IMG/VR virus record: IMGVR_UViG_3300042569_003232
Location: 1 to 64,000 of that record
Strand: one strand, 5' to 3'
From: a virus
Lineage: Duplodnaviria; Heunggongvirae; Uroviricota; Caudoviricetes
Length of the DNA stretch: 64,000 nt
In this document: positions 56,312 to 64,000 of the stretch, in pieces
Position numbering within the stretch: position 1 is the first letter of the stretch
Layout of the letters: every line of letters starts with the position of its first letter
Translations under genes and position numbers: made by a program
The notes under the pieces: model-generated
Seen by the model: only the letters and a program-made list of their open reading frames with translations
Told to the model about the DNA's origin: nothing
Database searches by the model: none

Positions 56312-57304
56312 ATGGCGGATTATTTTTTACCTGATTTTAAAGTACATGATGTAGGAAGTATTTCTTCTCTTTCTCAGATTTATCCTCAAAACGTCAGGGA
56401 TTTAAACGTTCCTAAAGTATGGACAAAAACAAAAGGAAAAGGAGTAACTGTTGCAGTATTAGACACTGGTTGTCCGAAAAATCATCCTGATTTAAAAGAT
56501 AATGTAGATATTTCTGCATCCCGTTCTTTTATTAACAATGAGGATATATACGATTTATTTGTTGGACATGGAAGTCATGTAAGCGGAACGATTGGGGCAG
56601 TTGACAATGCAGAAGGAATTGTAGGAATTGCGCCAGAAGTCCGAGTAGTATGTATAAAAGTATTGGATAAAAACGGTTCTGGAGGAAATGAAAGTTTAAT
56701 TCGTGGATTATTATATTGTTTAAAAGATTTAAAACCTGATGTTATTAACATGAGTTTAGGTAGTCCGTATCCAATGCCTGATGTAGAAAATATTTTAAAG
56801 GAATTACATAAGCAAAATATTCCAGTGGTGTGTAGTGCAGGTAATAACGGTCAGGAAAATGTTTTATATCCTGCAAAATATGATGATGTTATTGCAGTTG
56901 GAAGTTATACAAGTCCCGACTTAAAAGATCGCAGCCAATTTTCTTCTTACGGTGCAGAATTAGATTTAATGGCACCCGGAGACGAAATATTAAGCACATA
57001 TATAAATGGTGGTTATGCAGTTATGAGCGGAACAAGTATGGCAGCACCTGCGGTAACTGGTGTAATTGCATTATTAATTGCATATCATAAACAAAATAAT
57101 AGAACTTTAACAGTTAATCAAATTAAAAAATTAATGTATGCAAGTTGTATTGACCTTGGTGAAGTCGGATTTGATAAACAGCATGGTTGGGGTGTAGTAA
57201 ATCCTGAAACATTATTCAACGCAGAAGTTCAAGGAATAAAGATAAAGAAAAAAGTAAGTTTTTTACAAAAATTAAAAGATTTTTTCAAAAATCTTTTTAA
57301 GTAA
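56312..57304 (+). CDS. subtilisin-like serine protease (S8)
   Basis: Catalytic triad blocks VAVLDTG, HGSHVSGTIGA and GTSMAAPAVTG. Confidence 0.85.
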   Translation: MADYFLPDFKVHDVGSISSLSQIYPQNVRDLNVPKVWTKTKGKGVTVAVLDTGCPKNHPDLKDNVDISASRSFINNEDIYDLFVGHGSHVSGTIGAVDNAEGIVGIAPEVRVVCIKVLDKNGSGGNESLIRGLLYCLKDLKPDVINMSLGSPYPMPDVENILKELHKQNIPVVCSAGNNGQENVLYPAKYDDVIAVGSYTSPDLKDRSQFSSYGAELDLMAPGDEILSTYINGGYAVMSGTSMAAPAVTGVIALLIAYHKQNNRTLTVNQIKKLMYASCIDLGEVGFDKQHGWGVVNPETLFNAEVQGIKIKKKVSFLQKLKDFFKNLFK

Positions 57305-57308
57305 ATGA

Positions 57309-57608
57309 ATGGAAACATTCGTTTGGTTATTAGCATGTGCAGGTCTAACATTTATAATTGTTCATGCAACAATTATGGATAAATTGAAAATTCGTCCTTT
57401 TTTACAAAAATTCAGTTTTACAAGAGACTTGATAAAATGTGCATTGTGCACCGGAGTTTATGTTAGCGCATTATTTTCTTTGATTTATCAACCAATAGAA
57501 GCGGTACCTCTTTTTATTTTCGGAGGTGCCGCATTTTCTTTTTTATATGAAAGAGTTGTAATTTTATTAGATGAATTAATTTTAAAAATTAGCAAAAAAA
57601 CTCATTAA
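57309..57608 (+). CDS. small membrane protein
   Basis: 99 aa with three hydrophobic helices. Confidence 0.4.
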   Translation: METFVWLLACAGLTFIIVHATIMDKLKIRPFLQKFSFTRDLIKCALCTGVYVSALFSLIYQPIEAVPLFIFGGAAFSFLYERVVILLDELILKISKKTH

Positions 57609-57886
57609 CCATATTCAGATTGAACGTATTTAGCTAGTGCAAATTGTGAAAATTCTTTAAACATCCATTTTCGGGAATTTTCAGGAATACGTTTTTCATT
57701 TGCATATATTTCAAATGCTTTAAATTTTGCTTGTTCTGGTGAATATGCAATTACGGTTTCTGTCCAACCAGTTTTATATACTTTATGTATTTTTCTATTA
57801 AATTTATCGCTTTTGTTTTTTACAACGTATTTTAAAAGAATTTCTTTATTTTCTAATATAGAATTTATGAAATCGTCGAACAACAT
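57605..57886 (-). CDS. hypothetical protein
   Basis: 93-aa ORF. Confidence 0.4.
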   Translation of the reverse strand: MLFDDFINSILENKEILLKYVVKNKSDKFNRKIHKVYKTGWTETVIAYSPEQAKFKAFEIYANEKRIPENSRKWMFKEFSQFALAKYVQSEYG

Positions 57887-57888
57887 AA

Positions 57889-58239
57889 TTATTCGGGGGC
57901 AGGTTCTTCTACGATAGGATCTGGTTCGCTTATAATCGGAGTGTTTCTAGCAGCAATCCAATCTTGTAATGGAGCAACTGAATCAATAACGGCTTGAAAT
58001 GCGGCAGCAACTGCTGGAACTTGTTGAACTGCTAAGAATAATTCATCAGTTCTAACAGTTTGAAGAAGACTCAAATCTGCTAATTCTCCTGTACTTGAAC
58101 TCATTGGTAAACAAGCTATTTGCACTGTTCCTTTGCTAATCGTCGGACATTGAATTACAAGATTGTAAATCCACAAAATATCAAAAACTTTTTGTGAAAC
58201 TGGTGGGGTTTGTATAATTTCTTTAATTGGTATTGGCAT
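57889..58239 (-). CDS. hypothetical protein (possible tail-associated)
   Basis: 116 aa, upstream of the tail-fibre genes in the same operon. Confidence 0.35.
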   Translation of the reverse strand: MPIPIKEIIQTPPVSQKVFDILWIYNLVIQCPTISKGTVQIACLPMSSSTGELADLSLLQTVRTDELFLAVQQVPAVAAAFQAVIDSVAPLQDWIAARNTPIISEPDPIVEEPAPE

Positions 58240-58253
58240 ATCTTTTATTTACT

Positions 58254-58904
58254 TTAACCGGGCATTATTATTCTAGGATGTGTTGCAACAGTTGGATTAT
58301 TAATTGCTGTATTAATAGAACCACGTTCTAAATCATTTATATTTCTTAATAATGGAACATATGAAACAAGGTTCATTGGTCTAATTAATGCTGGAGAGAA
58401 ATTTTTTGATAATGATAAAATTTCTTCCGATGATAAATCGCTATTCCAAATACCTACTTCTGCTAATTGTCCATTTACTAATGCATAATTTGGGGAAGCA
58501 GAAAAAATAGTTCCAATATTATAAGTATTCACGGTTGTGGTTGTTTGAACTTGTGTATTCGTGCTCCTTAACACTCCATTAACATATATGGAACGAGATG
58601 ATAATGATGAAAAAACCCCTGCAATATGATGCCATGTTCCTGTCGAAAGTGTAGGGGCATAATATGCCCCTACTTCTGCACCTGTATTTGATCTATGCCA
58701 AGCTCTTACGCCAAAACCTGTTGCATATTGAATTGCTATTGCTCCTGATCCTGTTGAATGACTTAATCCTATTATCGCTGGACCTCCATCTGGAGTACCG
58801 TTAAGGTTAATCCAACCCGCCATAGTACAAGGAAACATATTTGCTCCAAGTGGATAAGTGCTAGATATATATTGTGTGGATGCTTTGACAAAATTATATG
58901 CCAT
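58254..58904 (-). CDS. LamG-like (concanavalin-A-like lectin) jellyroll protein
   Basis: C-terminal LAEVGIWNSDLSSEEILSL resembles the Laminin_G_3 signature (LDEVRIYNRALSAEEI). Confidence 0.5.
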   Translation of the reverse strand: MAYNFVKASTQYISSTYPLGANMFPCTMAGWINLNGTPDGGPAIIGLSHSTGSGAIAIQYATGFGVRAWHRSNTGAEVGAYYAPTLSTGTWHHIAGVFSSLSSRSIYVNGVLRSTNTQVQTTTTVNTYNIGTIFSASPNYALVNGQLAEVGIWNSDLSSEEILSLSKNFSPALIRPMNLVSYVPLLRNINDLERGSINTAINNPTVATHPRIIMPG

Positions 58905-58907
58905 ATT

Positions 58908-60455
58908 TTAATTGATTGTTCTCAATTCAACACTAACTAATTGTGCAGTGTCTGTGGTCATTGTATCATTTGCATTAATACTATCACGGAATATTCTTAA
59001 TGCATAAATATCTCCTTCGGTTAATGAATCAGTTGATGTTAATGTGATATCTCCATTCATTAATGATAATCCCGCAGTTCCTGTAATTGGAACATCAACT
59101 GATGCAGATGTTGCATAACTTAATGAAGAAACTTTCTTAATTTGTGCTCCCCAACGGCAACTGCTTGTTGTTGCCGTTCTTGTAGAAAATCGAATTTTAA
59201 CCAATAATCCATCATTCATAATTGTTCCTTCAGGAATTGTTCCTACAAATCGTGCTTCTCTATTAGGAGCAAGAGGAGGAAAATTCAATACAGCAATATT
59301 ATCAATATTTCTTGTATCAAGTGTTGCAAAATTTGCGGAAACTGGTTGATTTTCCGTTGCAATAAATGTTTCAATTGTTCTAGTGGAATTTATATTATTC
59401 CAACGAGCATTAGATGCATCATAAAAACGTAATCTATTAACAGTGCTATTAAAATAAACATCTCCTGTTTCTGGAGAAGATGGAGCTGCCGCTATTGGAG
59501 AAAATAATATTGATCCCGATGATTTTATTCGTAAAACTTCATCTAATGAGTTTAAGGTAGATGAGGGCGTAACACTAGGCTTTGTTGTACGAAATCTTAT
59601 ATCTCCTCCATTTGCAGTTCCAGTACTTCTTGATCCATCTATAGTGAATAATGCACCTGCGGCATTCGCACTGCCTGTAACAGACTGTAATGATAACGTT
59701 TGCGGAATTGGAGACGCGGCATCTCCTCCTCCTAATAATAAATTTCCAGCACTTCTTCTTGCTAAAATTAAATCATTAGGTTGAGAAACATCCCCACCTG
59801 CTGTCCATGAAAATAATCCAGTAGAAATTATTTTCACTCCTCCACTGACTCGTATATTTCCAGCGTTAAAGTCAGTGTTAGTTGCCGTGAAAGCCAAAAT
59901 AGGATTTGAACCTCCGGGAGTAATACTGTATGTCATGAATTTAGTGTTTGTCGGTGCTGTCTCTCGTATTGCCTCTAATACAAAAGTACCTCCACCGTCA
60001 CCTATCAGAGATGCTTCAACAAATGCACGAAATTGCATAGTATATGAACGTGATAGATTATTGGACCAAGATTGCCCTTCCCATGTCAGTGCAGGACTAT
60101 TTTGTTTTCTGGTAGAAGTTGCGGGATTAGTATTGCGGATTCTCAAACGTGACAATGTACTTGTTCCAGATAATGCACTAACCGTTTCGGTAGACCCTAG
60201 TATAATTTCATTTCCTAATACGGATGTACCTGATACTGCTCCGAATGATAGGTTATTTCTAAATTGAATTTCTGTTCCAGTTCCTGCTGCTCGCCAATTT
60301 CCACTATTTGAATTTACAGTAGTATTAAAGAAATTCCCAAGTGATGATACTGCAATTTTTTTCGTTGTATCATTTGCTACATCAACAATTGGAAAAACAT
60401 CATTAACAGATGGTGTTACTAAGCTAGTTAAATCTGTGATTTTGGAATCAGGCAT
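58908..60455 (-). CDS. tail fibre protein
   Basis: 515 aa, rich in Ser/Thr/Gly/Asn/Ala with beta-rich low complexity, next to the LamG gene. Confidence 0.5.
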   Translation of the reverse strand: MPDSKITDLTSLVTPSVNDVFPIVDVANDTTKKIAVSSLGNFFNTTVNSNSGNWRAAGTGTEIQFRNNLSFGAVSGTSVLGNEIILGSTETVSALSGTSTLSRLRIRNTNPATSTRKQNSPALTWEGQSWSNNLSRSYTMQFRAFVEASLIGDGGGTFVLEAIRETAPTNTKFMTYSITPGGSNPILAFTATNTDFNAGNIRVSGGVKIISTGLFSWTAGGDVSQPNDLILARRSAGNLLLGGGDAASPIPQTLSLQSVTGSANAAGALFTIDGSRSTGTANGGDIRFRTTKPSVTPSSTLNSLDEVLRIKSSGSILFSPIAAAPSSPETGDVYFNSTVNRLRFYDASNARWNNINSTRTIETFIATENQPVSANFATLDTRNIDNIAVLNFPPLAPNREARFVGTIPEGTIMNDGLLVKIRFSTRTATTSSCRWGAQIKKVSSLSYATSASVDVPITGTAGLSLMNGDITLTSTDSLTEGDIYALRIFRDSINANDTMTTDTAQLVSVELRTIN

Positions 60456-60665
60456 ACTAATTATTTATTACAATGAGATTGTTTTTCAATTCTGATTTAA
60501 TAATAATTTACCACCATCTTGTTGTAAAAGAAAACTTCCATCTTGTTTTAATAAAGCAGATGTTAGCACCGGAGTTGGAGGCGTTATTCCACTTCCTCCT
60601 TTTCCTAAGAGATTTCGATTCCAATGTTTGAATATTCTTGGTGCTGATATTCTTCTCATAAAATA

Positions 60666-61031
60666 TTAAACGCAGAATAATTCTTCAGGAATGAATTTTT
60701 TATACATAAATGCAATTCCAACACCACTCGTAACCGTAAAACTCGTTAATGGCGCAATCCATGAATATCCAGCAGGATATGCTCTGTTAGCAAAATTACT
60801 ATTTGTTGCAGAATATATAAGAGTGTTTGTATCATTAGTATTACGAAAACCAACACTAGCAAGAATTGAGTCAGTTAAAAAATCTATTGTATAAAATACA
60901 TAACCTGCTGGGGCAGTATATGTTCCTGCGGTTGAAAAATAAATTTGACCGTGTCCTCCTGTTGCTAATTCCCAAGAAAAAAGGGCACGACGGTCATTAA
61001 ACAAGGTACTTGTACTTGGTTGTAGATTCAT
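60666..61031 (-). CDS. hypothetical structural protein
   Basis: 121 aa, Thr/Ser/Gly/Tyr-rich like the fibre proteins. Confidence 0.4.
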   Translation of the reverse strand: MNLQPSTSTLFNDRRALFSWELATGGHGQIYFSTAGTYTAPAGYVFYTIDFLTDSILASVGFRNTNDTNTLIYSATNSNFANRAYPAGYSWIAPLTSFTVTSGVGIAFMYKKFIPEELFCV

Positions 61032-61057
61032 ATCTTTACTTATCTATATAATAAAAA

Positions 61058-61090
61058 AAGGCATTCGGTTAAGAATGCCTTTTTAAAAGT
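61058..61090. terminator. hairpin terminator
   Basis: aaaaaaaggcattc-ggttaag-aatgccttttt after the stop of the clamp-loader gene. Confidence 0.55.
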
Positions 61091-61249
61091 TATTTATTAA
61101 TTATAGTATGATGAATTTTATTAGGTGGTTCTCTGGATTTTAGAGGTTCATTCTTTTTAGAATTTTTACCAGAACAAATCTTTTTTTGTTCTTCTTCTAA
61201 TTTTAGCATGAGAAATACATTCATAGTATCCACTATTTATCATTCAATC

Positions 61250-62155
61250 TTATTTTTTAGCGTTTAAATTGAACAATAATGCACAAAAATTAATTTCCTG
61301 ATCAAGAACGAATACATGACGATACAAATATTCACTGATAATCAAGCACTTGTGCACATCTCTTTCATTCGAATAGAGATTAAATAAGCCCTTCATCAAA
61401 AAGTGATAATCATTTCCAAAACCATCTGCATGATCAACTAATTTTTGACGAATAATAAAAACACTTTCATTTGCATCAATATCTTTTTTAAGACTAGAAA
61501 CAAAATCATTTTTATCATCACTCTTATAAATGAATTTTCCACTATAACAGCATTTTTGTAATTCATTAATTGTTTTACGAATATCGGGAAAATATTGTTT
61601 TACTAGTGTTCGTAGATTACTGACTTGATCTTTTTCAACAACTACTTTTTCCGCTTTAACAATTTCGACAACTCTTTGAATCAATTGTTTTTCACTGCAA
61701 CAAAAATTAAATTCTTGACAACGTGAGCGAATTGCTTCAATAAGTTTATTCTTATAGTTTGCCGTAAGAATAAACTTACAGGTATCAAGATATTCCTCCA
61801 TCACGCTTCGCAATGCTTGCTGTGCGATTAGTGAAATTCCGTCTGCTTCATCCAAGATAATGATTTTTTGTTTACCGTCAATGCTACTAACTGAAATAAA
61901 ATCTGAAATCAAGTTTCTCACAGTTTCGATATTTCCTTGTTCACTTGCATTAATATACAAATATGCATTTGGCGAAAACTTTTTTGCAAGAATTTTGGCA
62001 ATTGTACTTTTGCCAATTCCGGGAGAACCGATAAACAAAAGATTATTAGGAATATCAGTTAATTCAGAAAAAAACTTTTTATCATCATCACTGAGAATTG
62101 CATTCTCGATATTTTGCGGGCGATATTTTTCGGTCCATACTTGTTGCAGAGTCAT
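61250..62155 (-). CDS. clamp-loader (RFC/gp44-like) AAA+ subunit
   Basis: WTEKYRPQ RFC box, Walker A GSPGIGKST, Walker B ILDEADG. Confidence 0.75.
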   Translation of the reverse strand: MTLQQVWTEKYRPQNIENAILSDDDKKFFSELTDIPNNLLFIGSPGIGKSTIAKILAKKFSPNAYLYINASEQGNIETVRNLISDFISVSSIDGKQKIIILDEADGISLIAQQALRSVMEEYLDTCKFILTANYKNKLIEAIRSRCQEFNFCCSEKQLIQRVVEIVKAEKVVVEKDQVSNLRTLVKQYFPDIRKTINELQKCCYSGKFIYKSDDKNDFVSSLKKDIDANESVFIIRQKLVDHADGFGNDYHFLMKGLFNLYSNERDVHKCLIISEYLYRHVFVLDQEINFCALLFNLNAKK

Positions 62156-62260
62156 AGGATATTTTAGCAGAAGATATAGTTTTGTAAAGAAGTATTCTAC
62201 TCGCCATGAAATAAGGCTATTACTAAGACTGCTATAATTGTTGCAAAAATAATTTGTGAA

Positions 62261-62440
62261 TTATCCATTGATTAGAGTCTTTCCTTGATATTGAAGCATG
62301 GGACTAGGATTTTCTTTAATTTGAATACTTTGTAGTTGTGCCAACATTCTGACAACTTCTTGTGCTTTATCAATTGGAATGGAAAATGTTTGATTTCCAA
62401 CAGTTACATTTATTCGGTTTGAAGATATTAGATTACTCAT
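62261..62440 (-). CDS. hypothetical small protein
   Basis: Trimmed to the internal Met (MSNLISS) because the listed N-terminal extension overlaps tRNA-Cys. Confidence 0.35.
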   Translation of the reverse strand: MSNLISSNRINVTVGNQTFSIPIDKAQEVVRMLAQLQSIQIKENPSPMLQYQGKTLING

Positions 62441-62451
62441 AAAAATTAAAA

Positions 62452-62526
62452 TGGAGTTGGTAACTGGAATCGAACCAGTGTGGCGGGTGTTGCAGACCCG
62501 AGCCTTAGCCACTCGACCATACCAAC
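62452..62526 (-). tRNA. tRNA-Cys (anticodon GCA)
   Basis: Reverse complement: GTTGGTA/TACCAAC acceptor, anticodon arm CGGGT-CTGCAAC-ACCCG, T arm ACTGG-TTCGATT-CCAGT, encoded CCA. The D stem is only 3 bp. Confidence 0.65.
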
Positions 62527-62580
62527 ATATGAAACTATTTATTGAAATAGCGTCTTTTTACAGTAAATCACTATATAGAT

Positions 62581-62856
62581 ATGTCAACAGAAAAAACTAA
62601 AAATGTAATTCATATAATTCCTTATGGATATTATGCATATACTTCAAAATTAAATCAAGGATTAGGTTTATTAATTATAGAAAAACATGAAAAAACTGTT
62701 AGCGGTTTAAAATTGAATATTGGCAAAATTCAAAAATTTGATATGAGTATTTTGTCTTTTGAAACATTGCTCGCATATAACACAATTGAATTTGTAGAAA
62801 AAGTTCCAAAAGAAGTTGGAAACGAGATGAGGGAAATGTACAAGAATATAGTTTGA
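62581..62856 (+). CDS. hypothetical protein
   Basis: 91-aa ORF. Confidence 0.4.
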   Translation: MSTEKTKNVIHIIPYGYYAYTSKLNQGLGLLIIEKHEKTVSGLKLNIGKIQKFDMSILSFETLLAYNTIEFVEKVPKEVGNEMREMYKNIV

Positions 62857-62885
62857 CAAGTGCATATTTTATTGTAATATAAAAT

Positions 62886-63815
62886 ATGTCAAACTATTAC
62901 GACACCATTATTATCGACGGCAATAATTTTCTATTCCGTGCATTTTTTGTAAATCGTCCTGATAAATTTGTAAATGAATTGAATGTTACACCAATTCATC
63001 AGTTCTTATATATGTTGAAATCAGTAACGTCGCAATATAGGGCTAAAAAAATCATTCTGACATGGGACAAAAAATTAAATTCTTTTAAAAAGAACTTTCG
63101 TCGTGAACTAGTTCCTTATAAAGAACATCGGGTCGAAAACGACAAGACAACTCAATTATTGAATACTATTTCTCATATTCAGAAATTTATTGATGCATTG
63201 GGCATTCAAACAATTTTACCTGTTAATATGGAAGCAGATGACGTAATCCGTTACTTGACAATTAACACAGAGGAAAAAACATTAATTGTATCTAGTGATC
63301 ATGATCTCCTACAGTTAATCAGAAAAAATATTCACGTATTCTTGCCTACAAAAAATCTAATTGTAGATATTATTAATTTCCAAGAATATACAAATTGTAA
63401 AACTCCTGAAATGTTTGTATTGTTTAAAAGTATTCTCGGAGATAAATCTGATAATATTTCGGGATTGGAAAAATACGGAAAAGTTAAAGCAAAAAACCTT
63501 GCAGAAAAGATTTATAAAAATAACAATATAGATTTTAGTAATGCTGATTTGACATTAACAGAAGAACAACAGGAAATTATTAATCGTAACTTACTCGTTA
63601 TGGATTTGTCCAATACTGAAGTGGTTTATCCTGAAGAATATAGTTTTTATAAAAAGCAAGAAGAAATTAAAAATCCAGATTTTAATGAAGAAACTTTAAA
63701 AGATTTATTCACGGAATATGAATGTATTGCTTTTCTGAATAATTTCAATGAATGGAAATATCTATTTGATAAGAATAAATCGAATAATGATTTACTATCA
63801 TTCATCCGAATGTAA
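62886..63815 (+). CDS. 5'-3' exonuclease / flap endonuclease (T4 RNase H / T5 D15-like)
   Basis: N-terminal IIIDGNNFLFRAFF, characteristic of the PIN-like 5' nuclease family, plus downstream acidic clusters. Confidence 0.75.
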   Translation: MSNYYDTIIIDGNNFLFRAFFVNRPDKFVNELNVTPIHQFLYMLKSVTSQYRAKKIILTWDKKLNSFKKNFRRELVPYKEHRVENDKTTQLLNTISHIQKFIDALGIQTILPVNMEADDVIRYLTINTEEKTLIVSSDHDLLQLIRKNIHVFLPTKNLIVDIINFQEYTNCKTPEMFVLFKSILGDKSDNISGLEKYGKVKAKNLAEKIYKNNNIDFSNADLTLTEEQQEIINRNLLVMDLSNTEVVYPEEYSFYKKQEEIKNPDFNEETLKDLFTEYECIAFLNNFNEWKYLFDKNKSNNDLLSFIRM

Positions 63816-63823
63816 ATAAAAAT

Positions 63824-64000
63824 ATGAACTTATTACAAAATACACCAATTTCATGTCGCAACTGTCGCCAAATGACACCGGGTAGAGAAGCACCTGTTCG
63901 TAAAGCTGATGGATCTCTAGTAATGGAATGTCAATGGCGTTGCGGAAGATGCGGCACCTTTTTAAAAACAGGAATTACCAAAATTATAGAACCACCTAAG
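63824..64000 (+). CDS. zinc-ribbon protein (partial, runs off the window)
   Basis: CRNC...CGRCG Cys pairs; truncated at the window end. Confidence 0.35.
   Translation, partial: MNLLQNTPISCRNCRQMTPGREAPVRKADGSLVMECQWRCGRCGTFLKTGITKIIEPPK

Noticed and set aside
62452-62526. Concern that tRNA-Cys is a pseudogene because of its 3-bp D stem
   Set aside because: Acceptor, anticodon and T arms are all regular and the CCA end is encoded. A short D stem occurs in genuine tRNAs, so it is kept as a tRNA at reduced confidence.
1-64000. CRISPR arrays, rRNA genes, integrase/att sites, transposases
   Set aside because: No spaced direct repeats, rRNA-like conserved blocks or recombinase motifs were seen. 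The only mobile-element-like genes are the HNH and GIY-YIG homing endonucleases.

Overview
Gene-dense, AT-rich window that reads as part of a large lytic (T4-like or jumbo) phage genome. Phage-type genes found directly in the translations include: class Ia RNR NrdA/NrdB, dUTPase, ATP-dependent DNA ligase, an Rnl2-type RNA ligase plus two further ligase-like nucleotidyltransferases, a clamp-loader subunit, a 5'-3' flap nuclease, GIY-YIG and HNH homing endonucleases, UvdE, a tail fibre, a subtilase, and NAMPT/NadV with PRPP synthetase. Seven tRNA genes, all on the minus strand, are dispersed through the window (Arg-UCU, Ile-GAU, Met-CAU twice as identical copies, Lys-UUU, Leu-UAA, Cys-GCA). There are no rRNA genes and no CRISPR arrays. 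The most striking feature is a family of about 30 paralogous small genes (about 12 kb in total) in five tandem arrays, on the minus strand at 3926-5897, 22105-24492, 26619-27907 and 30892-32230 and on the plus strand at 34019-36771. Twenty-one of them are built from a roughly 22-residue Cys/Asn/Leu repeat (F-x-C-x-x-N-x-L-T-S-L-x-G-x-P-x-x-V-x-G) with an N-terminal 'L-x-K-L-x-x-[IL]-P-E' cap, and all 30 end in a conserved C-terminal 'N-H-L-L-[TS]-L-D-Y-[IVF]-P' tag. Several accessory modules stand out. A NAD+ salvage module (NAMPT, YqeY, Prs) is flanked by a pair of paralogous genes. An RNA-repair theme runs through the window: a stand-alone polynucleotide-kinase-like P-loop domain, a Cys-based phosphatase, three RNA-ligase-like genes, and a vWA/possibly Ro60-like protein followed by a structured non-coding region. 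Other accessory genes are a GH46 chitosanase-family protein, a small secreted PEP-CTERM protein, a Pth2-type peptidyl-tRNA hydrolase and a NADAR domain protein. Host clues are consensus sigma70-like promoters, the PEP-CTERM signal, lipoproteins and weak Shine-Dalgarno usage, which suggest an AT-rich Gram-negative host; the host is otherwise unknown. All coordinates derived by hand may be off by 1-2 nt.
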